From Acidobacteriota bacterium (lineage in GTDB: Bacteria; Acidobacteriota; Thermoanaerobaculia; Multivoradales; JAHZIX01), in NCBI GenBank assembly GCA_039191605.1, contig JBCCXL010000018.1, forward strand, positions 47,521 to 111,520: DNA of 64,000 bases, in the 5' to 3' direction. The position numbers were made by a program, and so were the translations under genes. Numbering within the stretch: position 1 is the stretch's first letter; the number at the start of each line of letters is the position of its first letter. Under the pieces are notes generated by a model that was given only the letters and a program-made list of their open reading frames with translations, made no database searches and was not told the DNA's origin. This document shows, in pieces, positions 10,255 to 20,132 of the stretch.

Positions 10255-11730
10255 TCAGTCGGTGACGCCCAAAGCGGTGAGCAGGCCGCGCTGCTTGAGG
10301 TCCGTCTCGCGGTACTCCTCGGTGGGATCCGAGTCGGCAACGATGCCGGAGCCGGCGTAGACCCAAGCCCGGGTGCCGTGGACCAGGCAGGAGCGCAGGG
10401 CGACGTCGAATTCGCCGTCGCCGCTGCGATCGAACCAGCCGACGGGACCGGCGTACCAGCCCCGGGGAGTGGCTTCATGGGCGGCGATCCAGTGGCGGGC
10501 CTCGGTCGCCGGCACCCCACCGACGGCGGGGGTGGGGTGGAGGGCCTCCACCAGCTCGAGGACGTGGGAGCCGTTGCGCAGCTCGCCGTGCACCGGAGTG
10601 TGCAGATGCAGCAGGTTACGCAGGGTGCGCACGCCGGGATCCTGGCTCCAATCCAGCGGGGAGCAGAAAGGCTGGAGGCGCTCGATGACGTGGCGCACCA
10701 CCAGCTCGTGCTCCCAGCGATCTTTCTCGCTGGCCAGCAGGCGCTCTCCCTGCCCCGGCCCGGTGGCGATGGAGCCCGCCAGGGCCTCGGTGCTGACCCG
10801 GGAGCCGTCCTTGCGCACCAGGCGCTCCGGCGTGGCGCCCAGAAAGCAGGAGCCGTTGCGGAAGAAGGCGAAGCGCAGGCAATTCGGGGTGCGGCCATCG
10901 AGGCGGTGGAGCAGGGCGAGGGGGTCCACCGTCTCCAGCAGCTCTACTTCAGAGCGACGGGCGGCGACGATCTTTTGGAAGTTCCCGTCGCGAATCTCGC
11001 GGCGGATCTCTTCCACCATCTCCGTCCACGGCTGTGCCGGCAGCTGGCGCAGGGCGATGGCCTCAGCGGAATAGGGAGCGCTGGGGTCGGCCTCGGCCAG
11101 CTGCGACAGCAGATAGTCCGCGGTGGCTTCCACCGAGTCGAGGCCATTCTCGCTTTCGCTGTTTTCGCCGCTGCCGCCTCGAGGGCGCAGGATCTCGGCG
11201 ACGCTCGCCGTATAGGTCAGGGAGGCTTTGCCTTCGTGCAGCGTGTAGAGCCACCGCGGCAGCAGGAAAGAGCCGTCGCCGAAGGCGCGCCAGGGCTCTT
11301 CCTCGGTACCGCCGGCCTCGAAGGCGAGGCCGCCGAAGAAGCGTGGGGAAGGGGCGACCACCCCGGGAGCGCGAACCACGGCGATGGATTCGAGCATCGC
11401 GCTGGCCTGCTGCCGCAGCTCGTCGATGCGCTCCCTTCCGCTCACCGCTAGGTGGGCGGCGGCGCCGGAGCCGGCGATGGCGTGCCCGGAGGGCGGCACC
11501 CACAGCAGCCCCTGATCGGTGCCGACGAGGCGCAGGAAGTGCTCTGGGGTGCTCGCCGGCGCGGGGATGGAGACGCTGACCCAGCGCGTCGGGGCGGCGT
11601 CGGAAGGAGCGGCCCCGCCGGCCGCGAAGCGGGCGGTGGAGTGCAGCGAGCGCCCCAGGAAGGCGATGTCGGAAGAGCGCGTCGCCGTCTGGTCGAGGGT
11701 GCGGTCAAGAGTGGAGAGGGAGGAGCTCAC
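10255..11730 (-). CDS. menF: Isochorismate synthase
   Basis: KIVAAR, GATPERL, EALAGS, LHPTPAVGG, RGWYAGPVGW, AGSGIVADS; start set to GTG 11730 (GTGA overlap with menG stop, GGAG SD) rather than 11907. Confidence 0.92.
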   Translation of the reverse strand: MSSSLSTLDRTLDQTATRSSDIAFLGRSLHSTARFAAGGAAPSDAAPTRWVSVSIPAPASTPEHFLRLVGTDQGLLWVPPSGHAIAGSGAAAHLAVSGRERIDELRQQASAMLESIAVVRAPGVVAPSPRFFGGLAFEAGGTEEEPWRAFGDGSFLLPRWLYTLHEGKASLTYTASVAEILRPRGGSGENSESENGLDSVEATADYLLSQLAEADPSAPYSAEAIALRQLPAQPWTEMVEEIRREIRDGNFQKIVAARRSEVELLETVDPLALLHRLDGRTPNCLRFAFFRNGSCFLGATPERLVRKDGSRVSTEALAGSIATGPGQGERLLASEKDRWEHELVVRHVIERLQPFCSPLDWSQDPGVRTLRNLLHLHTPVHGELRNGSHVLELVEALHPTPAVGGVPATEARHWIAAHEATPRGWYAGPVGWFDRSGDGEFDVALRSCLVHGTRAWVYAGSGIVADSDPTEEYRETDLKQRGLLTALGVTD

Positions 11731-12506
11731 GAGGGCATCTCCTGCTGAGGAGTCGCGACGTAGAGGGTGCAGACACCGAAGGTGAGGGGCTCGACTCGCA
11801 ACACTTCCAGGCCGCATTGGGACATCAGCTGAGCGAAGTCCGAGGGGGTGGGGAAGGCAGCGATGGAGCGCTGAAGGTAGCGATACTCGCGATCGCCGGA
11901 AAGCCATGCGCCGAGGAGTGGAACCACGGTGCGAATGTGGAAGCGGGCGAGGGGGGCCAGCAGGCCGCCATCGGGCTCGGCGAGCTCGAGGATCGCGATG
12001 CGGCCGCCGGGGCGGGTCACCCGAGCCATCTCCCGCAGCGCCGCCGGGCGGTCCGGCACGTTGCGAATGCCAAAGGCGATGGTGACGGCATCGAAGTGAT
12101 CCTCCCCGTAGGAGAGCTGCTGAGCATCTCCCTCCAGCAGCTGAACTCGGCTATCGAGATCCCGCTGCTGGGCCTTCTGGCGTCCGAGGTGGAGCATCTG
12201 GCGGGAGGGATCCACCCCCTCTACGGAGCACAGGGGATAGCGCTTGCCGATCTCCAGGGCCAGGTCCGCGGTGCCGGTGGCGAGGTCCAGCACTCGGCTG
12301 GGAGCCTCCGGCGGCAGCTCTAGCGCGCTGACGGTGCGCCGGCGCCAGCCGCGGTCGAGGCCGAGGGAAAGGACTCGATTCACTCGGTCGTAGCTCGCGG
12401 CGATGCCGTCGAACATCACGCCGGATCCGTCCGCCGGGTTCGGGGGCGGAGGGGAAGAGGCGCTGACCGGAGGCCCGGCGGAGCCGGGCCCGAGGGTGTC
12501 GGGCAT
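11727..12506 (-). CDS. menG: Demethylmenaquinone methyltransferase (UbiE/MenG)
   Basis: MFDGIAASYDRVNRVLSLG, VLDLATGTADL, AFGIRNV, YRYLQRSI; ATG overlaps the upstream stop (TGATG). Confidence 0.93.
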   Translation of the reverse strand: MPDTLGPGSAGPPVSASSPPPPNPADGSGVMFDGIAASYDRVNRVLSLGLDRGWRRRTVSALELPPEAPSRVLDLATGTADLALEIGKRYPLCSVEGVDPSRQMLHLGRQKAQQRDLDSRVQLLEGDAQQLSYGEDHFDAVTIAFGIRNVPDRPAALREMARVTRPGGRIAILELAEPDGGLLAPLARFHIRTVVPLLGAWLSGDREYRYLQRSIAAFPTPSDFAQLMSQCGLEVLRVEPLTFGVCTLYVATPQQEMPS

Positions 12507-13756
12507 CAAGCCTTCCTCTTTGGGCCGGCGACGGCGCTGGCCTTGGCCCGCTGCCGGTCTTCCATCACCGCTGCCTTGCGGTGGTGGAGGCGCATGTGGC
12601 CGCGCTGGATTCCCTCGCCGGCGAGGGCCTTGAGGGCGGCGAGGTTGGAGGCTACGCCGGCGGCACCGAGGACCACCGCCAGCTCCTGGGCGCTGTCGAT
12701 CTGCATCAGCTCGAAGGCCGCCCGAACTCCCGGATGGACCTGAGTCGAGCCGCCGACGGTGCCGACCGCCATGGGCATTTCCAGCACGCCCTCGATGCCG
12801 TCGCCGCTACGCCGCCAGACGGCGAGGGGACCGTAGCTGCCGCCGAGGGCGGCAAAGGCGTGGGCTCCGGCCTCTAGGGAGCGCCAGTCCTGACCGGTGG
12901 CGACGGCGACGGCGTCGACGCCGTTCATGATTCCCTTGTTGTGGGTCGCGGCGCGGTAGATGTCCAGCTCGGCAAAGCGGGAAGCCCGCACGATGCCTTC
13001 CGCCAGCTCTTCGCCTCCCACCGCCTGGGCGCTGACCTGAGCCCGCACCTTGACGGTGCGGCGGACGGCGAGGTTCGACAGGATGCGCAGGCCGATGCGG
13101 CCGCCGACTCGGCTGTAGACCTCCGGGGCCACCGCCTCGGCGACGGTGTCTACCAGGTTGGCGCCCATGGCGTTGCCGACGTGGACGTAGAGGTCCACCA
13201 CCAGCACGCCCTGCTCCTCGTCGAGGATGCGCACCTGGAGATCGCGGCAGCCGCCGCCGCGGCGCACCATGTTGGGAATGGCGCGGTTGCCGGCCTCCAG
13301 CAGAGCCTCTTTCTCCTCCTCCAGGCGCCGGGCGGCGTTGGCCGCATCGGGCACGTCGTCGAGCTGCACCTGGGTGGTCATGATCGGCTCGCTGGCCTCG
13401 CCGAAGAAGCCGCCGGAGAGGCGAACCAGGCGGGCCGCGTTGGAGGCGGCGGCCACGATGGAGGGCTCCTCCACCGACATCGGCACCAGGATGTCCCGGT
13501 CGTTGATGCGGAAGTTGAGCGCGATGGACAGCGGCAGGCCATGGCGGGCCACCACGTTCTCGCTGATGCGGTCCGCGACGTCCAGGTTCAGGCTGCCTCC
13601 GCTCAGCAGATGCTGGCGCGACGCCTCCGAGAGGAGGCCGGTATCCAGCAGGATTTGGGCCCGCTCCTCGAGGCTCTTCTTGTAGAAGCCGGAAATCCGG
13701 CTAGTTACGTTCTTTCGCTCCACGTGGGTGCGCTCCGTCGGTTTGCGCTCAGCCAT
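12506..13756 (-). CDS. mvaA: Class II HMG-CoA reductase
   Basis: ISENVV, EEPSIVAAAS, NAMGAN, ILSNL, THNKGIMNGVD, GQDWRSLEAGAH, GIQRGHMRLH; ATG 13756 with GGAG SD. Confidence 0.92.
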   Translation of the reverse strand: MAERKPTERTHVERKNVTSRISGFYKKSLEERAQILLDTGLLSEASRQHLLSGGSLNLDVADRISENVVARHGLPLSIALNFRINDRDILVPMSVEEPSIVAAASNAARLVRLSGGFFGEASEPIMTTQVQLDDVPDAANAARRLEEEKEALLEAGNRAIPNMVRRGGGCRDLQVRILDEEQGVLVVDLYVHVGNAMGANLVDTVAEAVAPEVYSRVGGRIGLRILSNLAVRRTVKVRAQVSAQAVGGEELAEGIVRASRFAELDIYRAATHNKGIMNGVDAVAVATGQDWRSLEAGAHAFAALGGSYGPLAVWRRSGDGIEGVLEMPMAVGTVGGSTQVHPGVRAAFELMQIDSAQELAVVLGAAGVASNLAALKALAGEGIQRGHMRLHHRKAAVMEDRQRAKASAVAGPKRKA

Positions 13757-13990
13757 GGGTGCTCTCCCCACCGTCGGCCCCGAGGGGTCGGCGGTCTCCT
13801 TCAGCGGGCCTGTCGTGGGCCAATGAGCGGAGGTCAGTATGCATAGTTATCGAGGGTCGTCGTACGAGAGTGGGATCCCCGAGGGGAGCCCTTGGATCGA
13901 GTACCGAAAGAGGCGCTCGATCGCTAAAAAGTTTTGGTTTTAGGGAGTTTGGGTCAAACGGCCTGGGTCAAGAGGTCTGTGAAAATCGCT

Positions 13991-15094
13991 TCACCGGCGG
14001 CGGTGGGCAGTCGCGTGGGCGACCGCCTCCAGCGCCGACCGGGCACGGCTCTGGGGTAGGGCCTCGAGGCAGCCGATGGCGTGGTGGGCGCGCTCCACCG
14101 CCAGCTCGCGGCAGCGCTGCTCGGCACCGCTCGCCTCGGCGGCCACTCGGACTCGGTGGAGGACCTCGTCCGGAAGCTGGAGATCGTCGCTGCCGGCGAG
14201 CCAGTCGGCGATCTGGCGACCGAGGGCCGGGTCCTGCTCGAAAATCAGGATCAGGGGATAGGTGACCATCCCCTCCTTGAGGTCGGTGAACAGCGCCTTG
14301 CCGGTGCGGGCGGCGTCGCCGGCGAGATCCAGCAGGTCATCCACCACCTGGAAGGCGACGCCGAGGTGGGCGCCGTATTCCGCCAGCGCCTGGCATTGGG
14401 GCTCGGTGAGCTGCCCCGCGCGACCTCCGGAATAGAGGGCGTAGCGGAACAGGGCGGCGGTCTTGCCCTCGGCGATGCGGAAGTAAACGCTGCGGTCGAC
14501 GTCGAGGCGACCGCGGTGCTCGAGCGGAAGGGATTCCGCCAGGATCATCTCGTCGATGGTGTCCAGCAGGCGCTCCAGCAGGCCCGGCAGGGCCGCCCGG
14601 CGAACTCGCCGAAGGGCCTCGATGAGCAACCAATCACCGGCGAAGATAGCGGCCGCATTGCCGTATTCCAGCCGCGCCGTAGCCTGTCCGCGCCGCTCCC
14701 GGGCAAGATCGACGACGTCGTCGTGGAGCAGGGTGGCGTTATGCACCAGCTCGACGGCGACGCCGAAGTCCATGGCCGCGGTATTGAATCCCTTGCCGCA
14801 GCGGGCGGCGAGGGCGACGCAGAGGGGCCGCAAACGCTTGCCTCCAAGCCGCAGCAGGTGGCGCCCGGCTCGTCCCACCAAGGCCTGAGGCCGATCCAGC
14901 TGGCGCAGCTCGTCCTCCACCACGCTCATGTCTTGCTGCACGAAATCCGAAAGGGAGTACAGCTCCTGGGCGAGGGCGCCGAGACCGCGATTCGCGGCGA
15001 CGGAGCCTAGGCGATCGAGGGTGGGGTCCTCCGGAGCATCCATCGCGGTTTGCTCGCTGAGATCGGGCAGAGTGTTCATCATGGGAGGTGCCAT
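13991..15094 (-). CDS. Long-chain polyprenyl diphosphate synthase (IspB/HepT-like)
   Basis: GGKRLRP, LLHDDVVD and FQVVDDLLD aspartate-rich motifs, GKTAALF; start uncertain (15079-15199). Confidence 0.92.
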   Translation of the reverse strand: MAPPMMNTLPDLSEQTAMDAPEDPTLDRLGSVAANRGLGALAQELYSLSDFVQQDMSVVEDELRQLDRPQALVGRAGRHLLRLGGKRLRPLCVALAARCGKGFNTAAMDFGVAVELVHNATLLHDDVVDLARERRGQATARLEYGNAAAIFAGDWLLIEALRRVRRAALPGLLERLLDTIDEMILAESLPLEHRGRLDVDRSVYFRIAEGKTAALFRYALYSGGRAGQLTEPQCQALAEYGAHLGVAFQVVDDLLDLAGDAARTGKALFTDLKEGMVTYPLILIFEQDPALGRQIADWLAGSDDLQLPDEVLHRVRVAAEASGAEQRCRELAVERAHHAIGCLEALPQSRARSALEAVAHATAHRRR

Positions 15095-15390
15095 TGTCGG
15101 AGAAGAGGTAGAAGGACCGAGGGTGCAGTGGGCATGGCGTGGGTGGGTCTCGTCGGCGTGGGGGGGAGGGGGTGTTCCGGAGGAATCGGCTGGGCGCAAA
15201 GTTTTGGGCGCCGTGTTCTGGAAGAGTACGTCCGCGAATTCCTGCTGGTGTCAGTCGATCGAGCAATTTCGCCAAAAGGCCTCGAAAATGAAGGCGATGA
15301 GTCGCTCTTCGGCCTTTGTTTTGGCGCTCTCCCGGTATCTCCAGGAAGTGGCGTGAGCGGCTCGCGGCGTTGTGGGTGCTCGGTTCTCGG

Positions 15391-15457
15391 TGCCCAATTC
15401 CTAGATATCCAGCTTCTAGATGCCCAGTTCCCGGTACCCAGTTCCTAGAGATCCAGC
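15391..15457. repeat. Degenerate ~15-bp tandem repeat, about 4 copies
   Basis: tgcccaattcctaga / tatccagcttctaga / tgcccagttcccgg / tacccagttcctaga. Confidence 0.6.
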
Positions 15458-15491
15458 CCCCCGGCTTCGAGCTTCGTAGCAGGGCCGAGGA

Positions 15492-16088
15492 TCATAAACC
15501 GTCGGCATTGCGCAGCAGGTGTTCGCGAAATTCGTCGGATTGCAGAACGTCGGAAATTGCCCGGCGTCCGTTGGCGGCCCCCACCAAGAAACGCAATCCA
15601 AAGGTGCCCATGCCTCCGCCCTTGAGAAAGACTTCGGCCATGGAGTCGGTCATCACCACCAGCGCCTCGATGGCTTTCAGCCGCTCGAGGAAGATCGCTG
15701 CCTCGGGGGACGGGTCTTCCTCCAGCTGGGGGATCCAGTGGTGGAGATTCTCGCGAATGGGGTCCCACTCGCGCTGCTTGCGGATCTGAATTACGTTGCG
15801 CGTGACCTTTTCGATATCGGTTTCAGGTCGGTAGAATACGCGCCTCGATCCGGAGATCTTCTCCGGATGCACCAAACCCCAGTTGCGCAGCTCCCGGCAG
15901 GCCATGCTGACCGCTCCGCGGCTCAGCTCGAGGCCCTCCATGATCTGGCTCGCTTCGGCACCGTCCGGTTCCGCAAGCAGCCAGCCATAGACCCTGGCGG
16001 TGGTCGGTGAAACGCCCCAGAAAGGTCCGAGGCTTCCCCAGAGGTTGACGAAGGCATGCCGTACGTCGGCGATCGCTTCCATGGCCAT
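15492..16088 (-). CDS. GbsR/MarR-type winged-helix regulator
   Basis: FVNLWGSLGPFWGVSPTTARVYGWLL, IMEGLELSRGAVSMACRELRNWGLV, GSRRVFY; true start may be ATG 16082. Confidence 0.88.
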   Translation of the reverse strand: MAMEAIADVRHAFVNLWGSLGPFWGVSPTTARVYGWLLAEPDGAEASQIMEGLELSRGAVSMACRELRNWGLVHPEKISGSRRVFYRPETDIEKVTRNVIQIRKQREWDPIRENLHHWIPQLEEDPSPEAAIFLERLKAIEALVVMTDSMAEVFLKGGGMGTFGLRFLVGAANGRRAISDVLQSDEFREHLLRNADGL

Positions 16089-16129
16089 AGGTTATAAAAA
16101 AGCTTCTGAGGTTTCAATATTTTTTGAAA
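16089..16129 (-). promoter_or_regulatory. Promoter TTGAAA-N17-TAACCT with overlapping palindrome TTTCAA-N6-TTGAAA
   Basis: AT-rich island; palindrome 16112-16129 covers the -35 box; ATG 16082 follows the -10 after a 6-nt spacer. Confidence 0.6.
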
Positions 16130-16174
16130 GTTCAGCTTTCGCTCCATCGTCGATTCGCGCTAGAAAGGATCACT

Positions 16175-18457
16175 ATGCGCCCCAGCACCCCCCAGCACTC
16201 TTCTCGATCGCCCTTGGTCGCTCCCCAAGGGCGCGGTGATTCCCGGCTCGCCCGGGGCTTTCCCACCGCCTGGATTCTTGCCCCGACTCTGGCTGCCGTA
16301 GCCTTTCTGCTCCTGGCGGTTGGAGCCTGTAGCGGGCCGGGAGGGGAAGCGGGTTCCGAGCCAGGAGACGCCGCGGTGGAAGCGGTGCGACTGGCGCCGG
16401 AGGAGGTCGCCTCCTCGGTGCTGGCGGCGATGGATCCGGCGACGGATCCCTGTCAGGACTTCTATCGCTATGCCTGCGGTGGGTGGATCGACGCCACCGA
16501 GCTGCCGTCGGATCGCCCGCGCTGGGTGCGCTCCATCTCGGTGATCCAGGAGCGCAATCGCGAGGGCCTGCGAGACATCCTCGACCGCCTCTCGTCCGAG
16601 GCCTCGGCAGCGGGGAATGAGTCGAGGGAGGCGGGGGAAGAGCTGGCCGAAAAAGAATTAGCCGACACCGAGAAGGCCGTGGCCTTCTACGGGTCCTGCC
16701 AGGACGAGGAAGCGATCGCGGAGCGCGGCCTGGGGCCCCTGAAGCCCTGGATGGAGGCTATCGACGGGGTGGATTCTCCTTCGGCGGTGCTGGCCCTCAC
16801 CGGCCAGCTGCATCGTCACAACCTCTTCCCCTTCTTTGGGACCTTCGTCTTCGGGGACTTCCGATCGCCGGAAGACTATTTGCTCTACTACAGCCAGGGC
16901 GGGCTGGGTCTGCCGGAGCGAGATTTCTACTTCCGCGAGGACGAGGAGAGCGAGACCCTGCGCGAGGAATATCGAGAACACGTCGCTCGCGTGCTCGACC
17001 TGGTGGGGGGGGACGGTGATCCTGCCACCCTCGAGGCGGTAGCCGAGGGCTTCGAGCCGTCGCCGCAGGCGCGGCAGCGGGCCCAGGCGATTTACGATTT
17101 CGAGAGTCGACTGGCGGGGGCTTCCCGGGATGCCGCTTCGATGCGGAATTTGGAGTCTCTCTACAATCGCTATGACGCTGCGTCCCTGCGCGAGCTCACC
17201 CCGGAGCTCGATTGGGCGGCCTATCGCGCCGCCACCGGATTTCCCGAGGTCGATAGCCTCTCGGTGGCGACCCCCGAGTTCTTCGAGGCCCTGGACGACG
17301 CGCTGTCCTCGACGCCCCTGGGGGTGCTGCAGGACTACCTGCGCTGGCACCTCGTCTCCAGTGCCGCCCAATGGCTGCACCCGACGCTGGCGCGGGAAGA
17401 CTTCGACTTCTTCGGTCGGCAGCTCTCCGGGCAGCAGAATCAGCGGGAGCGCTGGAGCCGCTGCGTCGACGTCGTCAACGGCGGCCTCGGTGACGCCGTG
17501 GGGCAGCTCTTCGTCGCCCGCTACTTCGCCGGAGACTCCAAAGAGCGAGCGGTGGGCATGATCAAGGACATCGAGCACGCCCTGGCGGCGAGCTTCCCGA
17601 CGCTGGATTGGATGGACGACCCCACCCGGGAGATCGCCCAGACCAAGATCGACGCGGTGCGCAACAAGATCGGCTACCCGGAAGAGCCCCAGAGCTACGC
17701 CGGAGTGAGCATCGATCCCGGTCAGTACTTCGAAAACCGTCTGGCCACCGGGCGCCACGAATACGAGCGCTGGATGCGTCAGGCGGGAGGGAAGGTCGAT
17801 CCCGACGAGTGGTTGATGACGCCGCCGACGGTGAACGCCTACTACAACCCCACCGGCAACGAGATCGTCTTCCCGGCGGGGATCCTGCAGCCTCCCTTCT
17901 TCCACCGCGACTACCCGGCGGCGATGAATTACGGCGCCATCGGAGCGGTGATGGGTCACGAGCTGACCCACGGCTTCGACGATTCCGGCCGTAAATTCGA
18001 CGCTTCCGGCGAGCTTCGGGAGTGGTGGTCGACGGAGGTCGCGGAGCGCTTCGACGAGCGCGCCACCTGCGTCGCCGACGCCTACGATCGCTTCGAGGTG
18101 GAGCCCGGGGTGGCGGTCAACGGTCGCCTGACCCTAGGGGAGAACATCGCCGATCTCGGCGGCGTCAAGCAGGCCCATTTCGCCCTGCAGGAGGCCCTGG
18201 AGGGAGGGGCCGACGCGGGCTTTGCGGTGGGCGATCTGACGCCCGAGCAGCTCTTCTTCGTCTCCTATGGGCAGGTGTGGTGCACCGTCGCCACGCCGGA
18301 GCATCTGCGGCTCCAGGTGCGTACCGACAGCCACTCGCCGCCGCGCTTCCGGGTCAACGGACCCCTGCTGCACCTGCCGGCCTTCGCCGAGGCCTTCAGC
18401 TGCGAGGCGGGGGACGGCATGGTGACCCCGGAGGAGCAGCGCTGTGAAGTTTGGTGA
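16175..18457 (+). CDS. M13 family metallopeptidase (PepO/neprilysin-like), probable lipoprotein
   Basis: DPCQDFYRYACGGW, VNAYY, FPAGILQPPFF, GHELTHGFDD, TLGENIADLGG, HSPPRFRVNG; lipobox-like VGAC. Confidence 0.95.
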   Translation: MRPSTPQHSSRSPLVAPQGRGDSRLARGFPTAWILAPTLAAVAFLLLAVGACSGPGGEAGSEPGDAAVEAVRLAPEEVASSVLAAMDPATDPCQDFYRYACGGWIDATELPSDRPRWVRSISVIQERNREGLRDILDRLSSEASAAGNESREAGEELAEKELADTEKAVAFYGSCQDEEAIAERGLGPLKPWMEAIDGVDSPSAVLALTGQLHRHNLFPFFGTFVFGDFRSPEDYLLYYSQGGLGLPERDFYFREDEESETLREEYREHVARVLDLVGGDGDPATLEAVAEGFEPSPQARQRAQAIYDFESRLAGASRDAASMRNLESLYNRYDAASLRELTPELDWAAYRAATGFPEVDSLSVATPEFFEALDDALSSTPLGVLQDYLRWHLVSSAAQWLHPTLAREDFDFFGRQLSGQQNQRERWSRCVDVVNGGLGDAVGQLFVARYFAGDSKERAVGMIKDIEHALAASFPTLDWMDDPTREIAQTKIDAVRNKIGYPEEPQSYAGVSIDPGQYFENRLATGRHEYERWMRQAGGKVDPDEWLMTPPTVNAYYNPTGNEIVFPAGILQPPFFHRDYPAAMNYGAIGAVMGHELTHGFDDSGRKFDASGELREWWSTEVAERFDERATCVADAYDRFEVEPGVAVNGRLTLGENIADLGGVKQAHFALQEALEGGADAGFAVGDLTPEQLFFVSYGQVWCTVATPEHLRLQVRTDSHSPPRFRVNGPLLHLPAFAEAFSCEAGDGMVTPEEQRCEVW

Positions 18458-18550
18458 TGCCGTGAAGTTTGGTGATGCCGTGACGTTTGGTGATGCCGTG
18501 ACGTTTGGTGATGCCGTGACGTTTGGTGATGCCGTGAAGTCTGGTGATGC
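18444..18550 (+). repeat. 18-bp tandem repeat x6 (GTGAMGTTTGGTGATGCC)
   Basis: Six head-to-tail units with no spacers; the first contains the M13 gene stop codon. Confidence 0.95.
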
Positions 18551-18583
18551 TCAGAAGATGTTTGAGGTGAAGGAGATCATGAG

Positions 18584-19714
18584 ATGAGCGGAGATCCGAG
18601 ACACCAACGCCTCGCTGACCTGCTGCTGGACTATTCCTGCGCGGTGCAGCCGGGGGAGACGGTCTTCATCGAGGCGGTAGACACCCCGGCGAGCTTCGTC
18701 AACCTTCTGCTGCGGGGCGTCGCCCAGCGCGACGCCGTGCCGCTGCTGCGGCTGGATTCCCAGGAAGTGCGGCGGGTGCAGCTGCAGGTGGCTTCGGAAG
18801 CGCAGCTCAAGGCCCAGGCGGCGGCGGATCTGGAGCTGATGCGGCGGGCCGATGCCTATATCGGGATTCGCGGGGCCGACAACGCCTCGGAGCTCTCGGA
18901 CGTGCCCTCCGAGCGCATGCGGCTCTACGAGACCCATCACTTTCGCCCCGTCCACCTGGAGCTGCGGGTGCCCAAGACCCGCTGGGTGGTGCTGCGCTGG
19001 CCCTCGCCGGCGATGGCCCAGGCGGCGCGCCGCTCCACCGCCGCCTTCGAGGATTTCTACTTCGACGTCACCACCTTCGACTACCCGCGGCTCTCCAAGG
19101 CAGCGGAGCCCCTTCATCAGCTGATGGAGGCCTCCGATCGGGTGCGGCTGGTGGCGCCGGGGACGGATCTTCGCTTCAACATCGGCGGCATTCCGGCGGT
19201 GCGCTGCGACGGACATCGCAACATTCCCGACGGTGAGGTGTTTACCGCGCCGATCATCGACAGCGTCGAGGGGACCATCGCCTTCAACACTCCCTCGGCC
19301 TATCACGGGGTGGTTCACGACGGGGTGCGCTTCACCTTCCGAGAGGGGAAGATCGTCGACGCCTCTAGCTCCCAGCCGGAGCAGCTGGCGAGCCTGCTGG
19401 ACGCCGACGAAGGGGCGCGCTACATCGGCGAGTTCGCCCTCGGCTTCCATCCGCTGATCCGGGAGCCGATGCTGGACACCCTCTTCGACGAGAAGATCGC
19501 CGGCTCTCTGCACTTCACGCCGGGCAATGCCTATGAATCCGCCGACAACGGCAATCGCAGCAAGATCCACTGGGATTTGGTGCTGCGGATGCTGCCGGAG
19601 CACGGCGGCGGCGAGGTGTGGTTCGACGATCGCTTGATCCGCAAGGACGGTCGCTTCGTGGTGCCGGAGCTGGAAGGGCTGAATCCCGACGTGCTGACCG
19701 GCGATGCGAGCTAG
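18584..19714 (+). CDS. M29 family aminopeptidase (AmpS/PepS-like)
   Basis: NIPDGEVFTAP, IGEFALG, LFDEKIAGSLHFTPG, NRSKIHWD. Confidence 0.93.
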   Translation: MSGDPRHQRLADLLLDYSCAVQPGETVFIEAVDTPASFVNLLLRGVAQRDAVPLLRLDSQEVRRVQLQVASEAQLKAQAAADLELMRRADAYIGIRGADNASELSDVPSERMRLYETHHFRPVHLELRVPKTRWVVLRWPSPAMAQAARRSTAAFEDFYFDVTTFDYPRLSKAAEPLHQLMEASDRVRLVAPGTDLRFNIGGIPAVRCDGHRNIPDGEVFTAPIIDSVEGTIAFNTPSAYHGVVHDGVRFTFREGKIVDASSSQPEQLASLLDADEGARYIGEFALGFHPLIREPMLDTLFDEKIAGSLHFTPGNAYESADNGNRSKIHWDLVLRMLPEHGGGEVWFDDRLIRKDGRFVVPELEGLNPDVLTGDAS

Positions 19715-20132
19715 GTCACGATTCGCTGGGACTGGCCGCTGGGATTGGCCTATGGGATTGGAGGTATGGGAAGCCTTCCCTGGAGCTTCTCCGTGGTGGG
19801 GAGCCCCGGGGAGTGGGGGCTGCCCTCGCCCTTAGTTCTCAAGACTTGCCGACTCTAGAACCGGTCGCGCCGGGAAAGCGGCGGCTTTCTTTAGGACTTT
19901 TCGCCAGGGTTCTGTGCCGCGGAGGTGACGGCCTCCCGTTTCGCGTCGGGAAGTAGAAGTCGGCACGGGCCTTGCTGTTACACTTAAAGGCCGGAAGCGT
20001 CAGATCGCTCTTCACAGCGCGATCCGGGCTCCACGGCTTCCCACCTTGCACCATCCCGCGACCTACCCTACCCGCTACAACTTGACCTACCGCCGAGGGC
20101 GCTCCGTCCTCAGTCGATCTGGAGGTACACCC

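Noticed and set aside
18444-18550. CRISPR array
   Set aside because: Head-to-tail units without spacers; no cas genes in the window
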